Positions 7,338 through 16,437 of a stretch of 63,909 nt of DNA are shown here, piece after piece. The position numbers and the translations under genes are program-made. The notes beneath the pieces were generated by a model that saw only the letters and a program-made list of their open reading frames with translations, was not told where the DNA came from and ran no database searches. Source of the DNA: Candidatus Magasanikbacteria bacterium CG11_big_fil_rev_8_21_14_0_20_39_34 (GTDB lineage Bacteria; Patescibacteriota; Patescibacteriia; Magasanikbacterales; UBA922); contig PCWN01000011.1 in the NCBI GenBank assembly GCA_002787355.1, forward strand, positions 121,101 to 185,009, given 5' to 3'. The first letter of the stretch is position 1; every line of letters begins with the position of its first letter.

Positions 7338-10013
7338 ATGTTTTTTCAAAAGAAGAAAAAAAACATTTATTTTTTAGGAGCTGTTTTATCGTTCTTTGCT
7401 TTTTTTAGTTACGCCTTCGCGGGAGCTCCTTCTGGGGCCGATACCTTTCAGTTATTAACAAGTGTTGCAACCGGTGGAGATAATACCGGGGACGGTGGAA
7501 CTGGAAATGTTGCTGATTATAACTATTATTATGTTGGTCAAAGTTTTATTACTACTATACAAATAGTATCTGGAGGAACGACTGCCTCCAATATATGGAT
7601 TGATTATGATTCCGTAAGTACTACCGCAAGCAATATTACCAATGGGACCTATTTTAATACCTGGTCAGGGCAAACAATAAACACAACGGCCAGGGGAACC
7701 GGATTAGGAAGAGCCTATATCACAGGATCAAACATCCCGGTAGTGCAATCAAGTGGGACGGGGAATTTCGGAACGGTTACTTGGACACTCAACAGACCAA
7801 CGGCTGCAAATTATGGCACGGGTGGGAGTAAGGTTTTGGATATAAATGTAGGAAGTATTGGTAATACTACGGAGAGTAATATATCACTTTCGGGGGTAGA
7901 TCTTTTGGATGATGCTGAAGATTTTCATTATCATGTTTGGGCGGATACGAAGAAACCGTTTGCTGGAAATCCCAGTCCAAGTGATGCTTCAAATTCGGTA
8001 AGCATTGATAGCAACTATGTATTTGATTTGCGGGACACTCTGAATGGTGAAGGAGATAATACAGGAGTGGGAACGGGAGTAGACACCAGTGAACCTCCAG
8101 GTGCGATTACCTTTAATGATGGTGGTGGAGCAGTAGACTACACTTCTGTGGATTCATTTTCTTGTTCTGGTTTGTGGGGGACAAATTTGTGTACTGTTAC
8201 GGTAAATCCTGGAAGCCCCCTGAGTATTGCTGGGGATACACGTAACTGGAAGTACAATACTACCTACACCGTGCAAATTGGTGGTTTTCAAGATTTGGCA
8301 TCAGAGAGTCAAGATCAGTTGGGGGATACCAATGGGCCAAATGTAATGAATCAAAAGACCTATACTTTTACGACAGAAGCAGATAGCGTTGCTCCTCGAG
8401 TGACTGCGGAAACTCCTGTACGATCAAGCACAGGAGTTGCGACTACTACAAACATTGTGCTAACTTTGCAGGATAGAAAGACCTATGCGAATGGTCCATC
8501 CGGTACGGGTATAGATGCTTCCACCTGTCGTATTAATATTAGCTCTTCTTCATTTAGTTTGACAACGTATCAACAAGGGGATGCAGGAGTAACGGTTGGT
8601 GCCGTGGATTATGGATATCAATTTACTATAAATCCAGCAACCAACTTTGGTCAGAATGAAACAGTTGCCGTAAGTGTATATGATTGTGAAGATTTGGCTG
8701 GAAATACACTTACAACAGATAATTATAATTTCTCTACAGCAGATACAGCACCTCCCGTGGTAGATACACTCAACCCGGCAGATGACGCAGAAATTGCAAC
8801 GGATGGTACCATTGGTTTTCATATAAAAGATACGGGTGTTGGAGTTGATTTGGATGAAGTGGTGATTTATGTAGACGGAGTATATTACACAACGGCTGGG
8901 GGATCGGGAACGGTTACCTCGGATGGTACGGTTATTAGTTATAGCTCAAGTTTGGACTTTGATGGAGGAAATTATGTTGGAGATACTACTTCGCGTTCCG
9001 GAAGTTCAGATGACTATACTTTTGTCATTGATCCAGAAGATGACTTTAATGCCAATGCAACAATTCCAATTATTATCTATGCAAAAGACCTCTCTGGCAA
9101 CATTATGTCTCATTATGTTTATGCAATTTCTGCAGAGGCAGTGGCCTGTGCCGCTGGGTCCACCTATTGTGGAGCAAATACAGAATTTTCTGGTGGTTTA
9201 TGTGTAGGAACAGGTGGAGGATCATGTGTTTCTGGTGCAACCTATTGTGGGGATAATACTCAATTTAATGGAAGTAAATGTGTTTCAAACTTCTCTTGTG
9301 GGGATTCAGGTGGAAGTGCCGCTTATACGGTGGTCAGAGAAATTAGTAATGTTACGGTTTCACAAGTGGATGAAACATCTGTCTTGTTAACATGGAGTAC
9401 GAATGGACCTGGTTCGTCACGTGTTGTGTATGACACGCAGTCACATGATGGGAGTTCCACACAAAATTATGACTACAAATTTTTCACAAAAGAAAAAGAT
9501 GAAAGTAAGTATACACATTCCGTTGTTGTGGAAGGATTAGTGCCAGGACAATTATATTATTTTAGGCCTGAATCTCGTGTATGGGGTGCGGGTGTATTTG
9601 GAGATGAAGTGCAAATGACTCCATTTTTTGCGACAAAAATAGTTGAGAAAGAAGTGTATGTAGAGAAAGAAAAAACCTCGACAGATGAAAATATTCCTCC
9701 GGTTGCAGATACACAATGTGAACCACAAGTTGAGGAAAGAATTGTATACCGTCAAGTTCCTGTTTTTTCTTGCCCATCATCGGAGATATCGGATGTTCCT
9801 GTGGAGATTCCTACAAGTCCTTCTCAAAAAAAACCTACACAACCTGATTCTGCTATACAGGCAACACAAGAAACAAAACGTCTCAGCGTTCAGTTGGTAA
9901 AGGATAATGCATTCCAACCATTATCATATACAGAAGTCTCGAAAGATGAAGTAGCTGTAGAAATACGTGGAAAGGCTGCACCCAATACGGAGCTTACGAT
10001 TATTGTTTACTAA
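7338..10013 (+). CDS. Large surface protein: signal peptide, possible cohesin-like N-domain, three SbsA/Big_5-like Ig modules, a Cys-rich repeat, and an FN3/PAP-N-like domain. It ends at an in-frame TAA inside an Ig-like domain.
   Basis: MFFQKKKKNIYFLGAVLSFFAFFSYAFA signal. Modules begin DTKKPFAGNPSP, DSVAPRVTAETP and DTAPPVVDTLNP. FN3-like segment is VSQVDETSVLLTWSTNGPGSSRVVYD...GLVPGQLYYFR. Confidence 0.8.
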   Translation: MFFQKKKKNIYFLGAVLSFFAFFSYAFAGAPSGADTFQLLTSVATGGDNTGDGGTGNVADYNYYYVGQSFITTIQIVSGGTTASNIWIDYDSVSTTASNITNGTYFNTWSGQTINTTARGTGLGRAYITGSNIPVVQSSGTGNFGTVTWTLNRPTAANYGTGGSKVLDINVGSIGNTTESNISLSGVDLLDDAEDFHYHVWADTKKPFAGNPSPSDASNSVSIDSNYVFDLRDTLNGEGDNTGVGTGVDTSEPPGAITFNDGGGAVDYTSVDSFSCSGLWGTNLCTVTVNPGSPLSIAGDTRNWKYNTTYTVQIGGFQDLASESQDQLGDTNGPNVMNQKTYTFTTEADSVAPRVTAETPVRSSTGVATTTNIVLTLQDRKTYANGPSGTGIDASTCRINISSSSFSLTTYQQGDAGVTVGAVDYGYQFTINPATNFGQNETVAVSVYDCEDLAGNTLTTDNYNFSTADTAPPVVDTLNPADDAEIATDGTIGFHIKDTGVGVDLDEVVIYVDGVYYTTAGGSGTVTSDGTVISYSSSLDFDGGNYVGDTTSRSGSSDDYTFVIDPEDDFNANATIPIIIYAKDLSGNIMSHYVYAISAEAVACAAGSTYCGANTEFSGGLCVGTGGGSCVSGATYCGDNTQFNGSKCVSNFSCGDSGGSAAYTVVREISNVTVSQVDETSVLLTWSTNGPGSSRVVYDTQSHDGSSTQNYDYKFFTKEKDESKYTHSVVVEGLVPGQLYYFRPESRVWGAGVFGDEVQMTPFFATKIVEKEVYVEKEKTSTDENIPPVADTQCEPQVEERIVYRQVPVFSCPSSEISDVPVEIPTSPSQKKPTQPDSAIQATQETKRLSVQLVKDNAFQPLSYTEVSKDEVAVEIRGKAAPNTELTIIVY

Positions 10014-10019
10014 ACATGT

Positions 10020-11114
10020 ATGGCTGATACTATCCCAATTTACAAAACACAGTCAGATGCGCAAGGAAACTGGACACTTCAGATCAAGACTCCAACAGAG
10101 GGGGGCATGCATGCTGCTGTGATTGTTACACAAGATGGCCAAAAGGATACCGTTTTGTTTCATGTACAAGATAAGCCGGGAACGTCACCAGAAACTCTTC
10201 CAGTAGAAATTTCTCCAAAGACAACTATTTTACAAACGTCACAATCTCCTCAGCAAGATAATACACCAAAAGTTTCCGTCTCAGTAGGTTTTTTGTGGAT
10301 ACCCATGGTACTTTTGGTTTTGTTTATTTTGGTACTGGTGGGAAATATGATTCGTCTGGCAAAAAAGGCCGACTTAACACAGAAAGAACAGAAAAGAGGA
10401 AAGTATACCAATCATGCCCTTTTACTGGGGATTGCTATTCTTTTATCTACTTTGGGAGCATTTTTATATTTTGATTATCATTCCTACAAAAATATAGCAA
10501 AGCAAATTCTTCCAAAGACACAATCAATTTCAGATAGAATTTCACCCTATCAAGTTCCAACCCCAATTTCTGGAGATATTACTGGTTTGATTCTTGATTC
10601 TGTGGAGATGACACCGGTTGAAGGAGTGGATGTATCCGTTGGAGAAATTGGTATTCGCACAGGTCAGAGTGGGCAATTTCGTTTTATGCAGTCAAAGAAT
10701 GTAAATGGTATAAAGGTAACCCAGTCTGATTTACCTACGCCGGTCTACTATGCCATCAACTCGGTTAAAGATAATCGGTTGTATTATAATTCTGCAATGT
10801 TTTCAGAACTATTTCATATTTTAGATCTTGAATCGAGACAATTTATTGGTCAAATTTATGAAAATTTGGATGATCATGTCAAAGCTGAAAAAAAATTAGA
10901 AGATTTTATACAAGGGTATGAGCCGCTTTTTGGAAAAACAGATTTTCCGGTTGGAAAGATGACGATTCAAAGTATAGAAACACTGAATAGAAAACGTGTA
11001 CTTGGTTACAATCATTTGTTTGATCATCTGGTGAAAATTAATATTATAAAAAATTCTTTTGTACGAACATATTATCTGAACTATGATAACGGACAATGGA
11101 CGTATGTAGATTAA
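10020..11114 (+). CDS. Same-frame continuation of the surface protein: rest of the Ig-like domain, two TM segments, and a CarboxypepD_reg-like segment
   Basis: Same reading frame as 7338-10013, separated only by TAA ACA TGT. ADTIPIYKTQSDAQGNWTLQI completes the Ig motif begun by IRGKAAPNTELTIIVY. TM segments are FLWIPMVLLVLFILVLVG and ALLLGIAILLSTLGAFLYF. Confidence 0.7.
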   Translation: MADTIPIYKTQSDAQGNWTLQIKTPTEGGMHAAVIVTQDGQKDTVLFHVQDKPGTSPETLPVEISPKTTILQTSQSPQQDNTPKVSVSVGFLWIPMVLLVLFILVLVGNMIRLAKKADLTQKEQKRGKYTNHALLLGIAILLSTLGAFLYFDYHSYKNIAKQILPKTQSISDRISPYQVPTPISGDITGLILDSVEMTPVEGVDVSVGEIGIRTGQSGQFRFMQSKNVNGIKVTQSDLPTPVYYAINSVKDNRLYYNSAMFSELFHILDLESRQFIGQIYENLDDHVKAEKKLEDFIQGYEPLFGKTDFPVGKMTIQSIETLNRKRVLGYNHLFDHLVKINIIKNSFVRTYYLNYDNGQWTYVD

Positions 11115-11130
11115 TTCGGTTTAAATCCTT

Positions 11131-12114
11131 ATGGCGAAGAAAAAACATTCAAAGAAGTTACCAAAAACACTTCCAGTCAACTTTGTAAATCGTCTGGAGT
11201 CAATATATGGGAGGACTCTCAAAGAAGAAATTTTAAAAACATTTGTTGACAAACCAACTACTTTTCGCGTAAATACTCTCCGTGCTGATAGATCAAAAAT
11301 TTTGGAAGTTTTGCGAGAGCATCATTTTTCCGTTGAAAAAGTAGGTTGGTATGAGGATGCTTTTATTTTAAAAAATAAGAGTAAACGTGAATTGACGGAT
11401 CTTGATATATATAAAGAAGGTTTTATATACATACAAAGTTTAGCAAGTATGGTTCCTCCATTGGTTCTCAATCCGGTTCCAGGGGATAAGGTACTTGATT
11501 TGACCGCTGCTCCTGGGAGCAAAACCTCTCAAATGGCGGCATTTATGAAGAAAAATGGGGAATTAGTTGCCAATGATCTCAATAAAGTGCGATTTTTTCG
11601 ATTGAAAGCCAACATGGAAATACTGGGGGTGAGCGAACCTTTTGAGGGTTGGGACTTCCATTTGAGAATGGAGGATGCATCCGTGCTCACTACCGAATAT
11701 GCTGAATACTTTGATAAGGTTTTGTTGGATGTTCCCTGTAGTGGCGAGGCTCGGTTTATTGAAGGATATCCAAAAAGTTATGGATATTGGAGTGAAAAGA
11801 AAATAAAAGCATTGGGATATCGTCAGCAGAAGATTTTATTTTCTGGCTGGAGTGCTTTGAAAAAGGGTGGGAGCATGGTTTATTCCACGTGCACACTTGC
11901 TCCAGAGGAAAATGAAGTACGCATAAGCAAATTTTTGGATAGAGTTGGAGAAGAGGCAATGATTGAAAGTATATCGGTGAAGGGGTTAAAAGTTGCCAAG
12001 CCAGTTATGGAGTGGAAAGAAAAAAAATTACACAAGGAAGTCGCAAAGACTTTGCGTATACTTCCTACAAACCAAATAGAAGGTTTTTTTGTCGCAAAAA
12101 TAACCAAGCGATAA
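11131..12114 (+). CDS. RsmB/NOP2/Sun-family RNA cytosine-C5 methyltransferase
   Basis: SAM motif VLDLTAAPGSKTSQMA. Catalytic region is DKVLLDVPCSGE and YSTCTLAPEENE. Confidence 0.85.
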   Translation: MAKKKHSKKLPKTLPVNFVNRLESIYGRTLKEEILKTFVDKPTTFRVNTLRADRSKILEVLREHHFSVEKVGWYEDAFILKNKSKRELTDLDIYKEGFIYIQSLASMVPPLVLNPVPGDKVLDLTAAPGSKTSQMAAFMKKNGELVANDLNKVRFFRLKANMEILGVSEPFEGWDFHLRMEDASVLTTEYAEYFDKVLLDVPCSGEARFIEGYPKSYGYWSEKKIKALGYRQQKILFSGWSALKKGGSMVYSTCTLAPEENEVRISKFLDRVGEEAMIESISVKGLKVAKPVMEWKEKKLHKEVAKTLRILPTNQIEGFFVAKITKR

Positions 12115-12119
12115 ATTTT

Positions 12120-12518
12120 ATGCTCAGAAGGAAAAAAATTCAGTTTGAACATTATATGATTTTTTTTAAAGAGATCTCGGTTGTGAGCGCTGTCATGATT
12201 TTGTTTTTATTGACCATCATATTTTTTGTACAACCAAATGGAACTTTCTTTTTAAAGTATTGTATACCTATTGTTGGTGTTCTTTGTGGTGTTATTACGA
12301 TTGGTTTTTCAGGTTGGATGTTTGTATATTGTTTGGAAGGGTATATTGCAAAAAAATTATTATTGCATGGTGGAGATTTTTTTGGTATTACAAAATTTAA
12401 AGGAAAAACAGCACGTTTTTGGGCAGTTGTAGGAATGGTGTTGTCGATTTATTTTGCTATTTTGTGCCTTTTGGCGCTGTTTACCCTCTTTTTTATTTTT
12501 ATTTTTTTAGCTACTTGA
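12120..12518 (+). CDS. Small integral membrane protein (hypothetical)
   Basis: Four hydrophobic segments. ATG 12120 lies just after the upstream stop; the 12012 extension overlaps the methyltransferase gene and is unlikely. Confidence 0.55.
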   Translation: MLRRKKIQFEHYMIFFKEISVVSAVMILFLLTIIFFVQPNGTFFLKYCIPIVGVLCGVITIGFSGWMFVYCLEGYIAKKLLLHGGDFFGITKFKGKTARFWAVVGMVLSIYFAILCLLALFTLFFIFIFLAT

Positions 12519-12571
12519 CGTCTATTTCTGAATTATACTATTATTATCATATAATTTTTTAATCAAATACT

Positions 12572-13045
12572 ATGGGTAAGGAGGCAAAATTTGATACCTT
12601 AGATGGCAGCAATGTGAAAGTTGGGATTGTTGCTGCTCGATGGAACGATAAATATACATATTCGTTGGTGGAGGGGTGCAGGGAATCTCTTGTGGAATGC
12701 AATGTAAAGGCAGAAAATATCACCGGCATATTTGTTCCCGGTGCCTATGAAGTGCCCTTGGGTGCAAAACATCTTTTAGATACCACGGATGTTGATGTTG
12801 TGGTGGCGGTAGGTTGTCTCATTAAGGGTGCTACCATGCATTTTGAATACATCTGTGAGGCTGTAAGCCAAGGAATAATGCGTTTGAACCTAGATTATGG
12901 GAAGCCGGTAATTTTTGGAATTTTGACATGCTTAAATGAAGAGCAAGCTCAAGAACGTTCTATAGGAGAGCATAATCATGGTATTGGCTGGGGGAAAACC
13001 GCCGTTGAAATGGTTCTTCTTCAACAAAAGAAGATTGGAATGTAA
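12572..13045 (+). CDS. ribH: 6,7-dimethyl-8-ribityllumazine synthase
   Basis: VGIVAARWN..., VPGAYEVPL and VVAVGCLIKGATMHFEYI are typical of lumazine synthase. Confidence 0.85.
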   Translation: MGKEAKFDTLDGSNVKVGIVAARWNDKYTYSLVEGCRESLVECNVKAENITGIFVPGAYEVPLGAKHLLDTTDVDVVVAVGCLIKGATMHFEYICEAVSQGIMRLNLDYGKPVIFGILTCLNEEQAQERSIGEHNHGIGWGKTAVEMVLLQQKKIGM

Positions 13046-13064
13046 TATTTTGCTTAATAAAGAG

Positions 13065-13093
13065 AAAAAAGCATGAAATTCATGCTTTTTTTA
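13065..13093 (+). terminator. Intrinsic terminator after ribH
   Basis: A-run, gcatg / catgc hairpin, then T-run. Confidence 0.65.
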
Positions 13094-13171
13094 TTCATTT
13101 TTTATAAGGGGGCTCCTCTTGCATTTTCGGTTTAATATGGTATCCTAATCCTGTTAATGTAAACATTTTAT

Positions 13172-14935
13172 ATGTATAGAACACATACCTGTGGGGAATT
13201 GAACAAGACTCATGTAGGAGAGGAAGTAACACTTTCCGGTTGGGTTCACAAGAGAAGAGATCTTGGGGGGCTTATTTTTGTAGATTTGCGTGATAGATAT
13301 GGAATGACTCAAATTATCTTCCATCCAGAGACGGTACAAAATTTTGCATTGGTTGAGGGATTAAAGTATGAATACGTTATAAAGGTAGTTGGAAAGGTAA
13401 TAGAACGTGAAACTTCCACCGTAAACCCAGATTTATCAACAGGAATGATTGAAATTGAAGCAAAGGAAGTTGAAATTTTATCTTTGGCAAAGGCAATGCC
13501 TTTTGAAATATTTGAAACTTCAAAGGGAGAAGAAGATGAAGAGTTACGTTTAAAATATAGATTTTTAGAGCTTCGTCGTGAACGTCTTCGGGACAATATC
13601 CTGTTTCGTGCAAAAATGATTGCACATATTCGTCAGTACATGGAAAAGAAAAACTTTGTGGATATTGCAACCCCTCTTCTCACGGTAAGTTCACCAGAGG
13701 GGGCTCGAGATTTTTTGGTTCCAAGTAGAATTCATCCTGGAAAATTTTATGCATTGCCACAGGCTCCACAGCAATATAAGCAGCTTCTGATGGTGGCAGG
13801 ATTTGATAGGTATTATCAGATTGCACCATGTATGCGAGATGAGGATCCTCGTGCAGATAGATCTCCGGGTGAGTTTTATCAACTTGATTGTGAAACAAGC
13901 TTTTTAACAAAGGAAGAGTTTTTTACACTTATGGAACCACTTTTTTGGGAGCTTACGGAGGAGGTTGCCGGTAAACAAGTTCTTCAGAAACCATTTCCAA
14001 GAATTCCGTATAAAGAATGTTTAGAAAAATATGGTGTTGACCGTCCTGATTTACGTTTCGGACTCGAAATACAAAACATTTCTGAATGGGGACAGGGGAC
14101 TGGATTTAAAGTATTTGATGAAGCCGAATTTGTTCGAGTGCTTATGGTTCCTGGAGGCGCTGCTTTTTCTCGCAAGGAAATTGAGGAAGAGTTTGAAGAT
14201 CTTGCGAAACGAGCACATGCAAAAGGTCTTGCTTGGATGAAGTATGTGGGTGGAAAATTTGAAGGGAGTATTGCGAAGTTTATTTCAGAGGCTAAACTTG
14301 ATGAACTTAAGGTACTTGTACAGCCAGAAGAGGGAAGTATCCTTTTCTTTTCTGCGGATAATTGGCATGTTTCATGTGGTGCATTGGGTGCGGTTCGAAG
14401 TCTTGTCGGTGATAAACACAATCTTAAGGATCCAAATATCGTTGCTTGGGCTTGGGTGGTAGACTTTCCTATGTATGAATGGAATGATCAAGAAAATAGA
14501 GTAGATTTTGGGCATAACCCATTTTCTATGCCACAGGGTGGTTTGGAGGCTTTAAATTCGGAGGATCCTTTAAATATTCTGGCAGATCAGTATGATATTA
14601 TTGCCAATGGATTGGAGCTTTCATCAGGTGCTGTGAGAAATAAGGATCCACAGGTTATGTATCGTGCTTTTGAACTGGCGGGTTATAGCAAAGAGGACGT
14701 GGATAAGAAATTTGGTCATATGATTGATGCGTTTGAATACGGTGCTCCTCCTCACTGTGGTTTTGCTCCTGGCATTGATCGATTGGTGATGCTCTTGCGT
14801 GGTGAACCAAATATCCGTGCTGTTGTTCCATTTCCAAAGAATCAAAAGGCAGAAGAGCCAATGATGGGAAGTCCGTCTTTTGTAGATCAGAAACAGCTGG
14901 ATGAATTGAGTATTGCTGTCAAAAAAGATAAATAA
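13172..14935 (+). CDS. aspS: Aspartate--tRNA ligase, bacterial type
   Basis: MYRTHTCGEL..VTLSGWVHKRRDLGGLIFVDLRDRYG, motif 2 FYQIAPCMRDEDPRADRSPGEFYQLD, motif 3 GFAPGIDRLVMLL. At 587 aa it includes the GAD insertion. Confidence 0.95.
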   Translation: MYRTHTCGELNKTHVGEEVTLSGWVHKRRDLGGLIFVDLRDRYGMTQIIFHPETVQNFALVEGLKYEYVIKVVGKVIERETSTVNPDLSTGMIEIEAKEVEILSLAKAMPFEIFETSKGEEDEELRLKYRFLELRRERLRDNILFRAKMIAHIRQYMEKKNFVDIATPLLTVSSPEGARDFLVPSRIHPGKFYALPQAPQQYKQLLMVAGFDRYYQIAPCMRDEDPRADRSPGEFYQLDCETSFLTKEEFFTLMEPLFWELTEEVAGKQVLQKPFPRIPYKECLEKYGVDRPDLRFGLEIQNISEWGQGTGFKVFDEAEFVRVLMVPGGAAFSRKEIEEEFEDLAKRAHAKGLAWMKYVGGKFEGSIAKFISEAKLDELKVLVQPEEGSILFFSADNWHVSCGALGAVRSLVGDKHNLKDPNIVAWAWVVDFPMYEWNDQENRVDFGHNPFSMPQGGLEALNSEDPLNILADQYDIIANGLELSSGAVRNKDPQVMYRAFELAGYSKEDVDKKFGHMIDAFEYGAPPHCGFAPGIDRLVMLLRGEPNIRAVVPFPKNQKAEEPMMGSPSFVDQKQLDELSIAVKKDK

Positions 14936-14948
14936 GTTTATGAATTTT

Positions 14949-14990
14949 AAAAAGACAGGTTCGCTTTAGTACGCCTGTCTTTTATTTTTT
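14949..14990 (+). terminator. Intrinsic terminator after aspS
   Basis: aaagacagg / cctgtcttt stem followed by a T-rich tract. Confidence 0.75.
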
Positions 14991-15011
14991 GTGAAAGATA
15001 TTTTAGAGGGT

Positions 15012-16436
15012 ATGCTATTTAGTTCATTTGTTTTCCTTTTTTTCTTCCTCCCACTTTTCTTATTGGGATATTATTTGGTACCGAAAAGATGGAAAAATGC
15101 ATTTATCCTCTTGTGTAGTCTTGTTTTTTATGCTTGGGGAGCTCCTAAATTTGTCTTGCTGCTTGTGGGAAGTTCTTTCTTAGACTATATTTTTTCTCAA
15201 CAGATTTCACATCACGGAAGACAAAAAACAAAAAAGATACTTCTTTTCTTTTCTATTTTTTTTAACGCAAGTCTTTTACTTTATTTTAAATATGCCAATT
15301 TTTTTGTATCAGAATTAAATCATTTTTTACAATTTTTTGATATTGAAAATATATCTCTTGCAAAAATAATACTTCCAATTGGTATTTCTTTTTTTACTTT
15401 TCAAAAAATAAGTTATTTAGTAGATGTATACAGAAAAATAGCTAAACCGGCACCAAATTTTTCAAGTTACTTATTGTATGTGGTCCTTTTTCCACAACTC
15501 ATAGCCGGCCCAATTATTCGATATCATGATATCCATTTGCAAATACAAAAAAGGGAGCACACTCGTGAAAAATTTTTAGAGGGAGTCTATCGGTTTTGCA
15601 TTGGTCTTGCAAAAAAAGTACTAATAGCAGATATTTTAGCGGGTTTAGTGAACCCCATTTTTGATCTTCCTTCATCTGATCTTACTATGGTTTTTGCGTG
15701 GCTTGGTGCAATAGCATATGCATTGCAAATTTATTTTGACTTTTCTGGTTATTCGGATATGGCTATCGGTTTATGTAAAATGATGGGATTTGATATTCCA
15801 GAAAATTTTCATATGCCCTACATATCTCGCAATTTTACTGAATTTTGGAGAAGATGGCATATTTCCCTTTCTCAATGGATGAAAGAATATCTCTATATTC
15901 CATTAGGAGGAAACCGTGTTTCATCTGCAAGAATGTATCTAAATTTGTGGATTGTCTTTTTACTCTCCGGACTGTGGCATGGTGCAAGTACCACATTTAT
16001 TTTTTGGGGTGCATTTCATGGTTTTTTTCTCATGCTTGATAAGATGTTTTGGCTTCGAATTTCAGAATACTTCAAAACATTTTTTAATACATTATTAACC
16101 TTTTTGCTTCTGTGTCTTTCATGGATATTCTTTCGTGCAGATACGATAGCCGACGCTTTTTTATATTTACAGAAAATGTTTTTTGGTACAAATGTATCAC
16201 AAACACTTCTTTATGATTTTGCAACGAATCGGTCACTTTTCATGCTTGCTATTGCCCTCTGTATAAGTTTTTTCCCGGCTTTTAGATTTTACAAAAAAAT
16301 ACAGGAGATGCTACAACAAATTTCCCTACATAAAATCCTTCATGGAAAATTTATTTTTTCTTTAGTCTTACTTTTCATGAGCATTTTATCAATGGCAAAT
16401 GCAAGTTTCAATCCTTTTATTTATTTCAGATTTTGA
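15012..16436 (+). CDS. MBOAT-family membrane O-acyltransferase (AlgI/DltB-like)
   Basis: MLFSSFVFLFFFLPLF N-terminus. WRRWHISLSQWMKEYLYIPLGGNR and the conserved His in LSGLWHG are MBOAT hallmarks. Confidence 0.85.
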   Translation: MLFSSFVFLFFFLPLFLLGYYLVPKRWKNAFILLCSLVFYAWGAPKFVLLLVGSSFLDYIFSQQISHHGRQKTKKILLFFSIFFNASLLLYFKYANFFVSELNHFLQFFDIENISLAKIILPIGISFFTFQKISYLVDVYRKIAKPAPNFSSYLLYVVLFPQLIAGPIIRYHDIHLQIQKREHTREKFLEGVYRFCIGLAKKVLIADILAGLVNPIFDLPSSDLTMVFAWLGAIAYALQIYFDFSGYSDMAIGLCKMMGFDIPENFHMPYISRNFTEFWRRWHISLSQWMKEYLYIPLGGNRVSSARMYLNLWIVFLLSGLWHGASTTFIFWGAFHGFFLMLDKMFWLRISEYFKTFFNTLLTFLLLCLSWIFFRADTIADAFLYLQKMFFGTNVSQTLLYDFATNRSLFMLAIALCISFFPAFRFYKKIQEMLQQISLHKILHGKFIFSLVLLFMSILSMANASFNPFIYFRF

Positions 16437-16437
16437 T

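Noticed and set aside
12012-12119. N-terminal extension of the 12012-12518 ORF
   Set aside because: It overlaps the 3' end of the RsmB-like gene by about 100 nt. The hydrophobic protein plausibly starts at ATG 12120, right after the upstream stop.
4466-14935. Presence of both AsnRS and AspRS as a redundancy anomaly
   Set aside because: The two are distinct class IIb enzymes with different motif 2 sequences and lengths. Having both is normal and merely implies direct Asn-tRNA formation.
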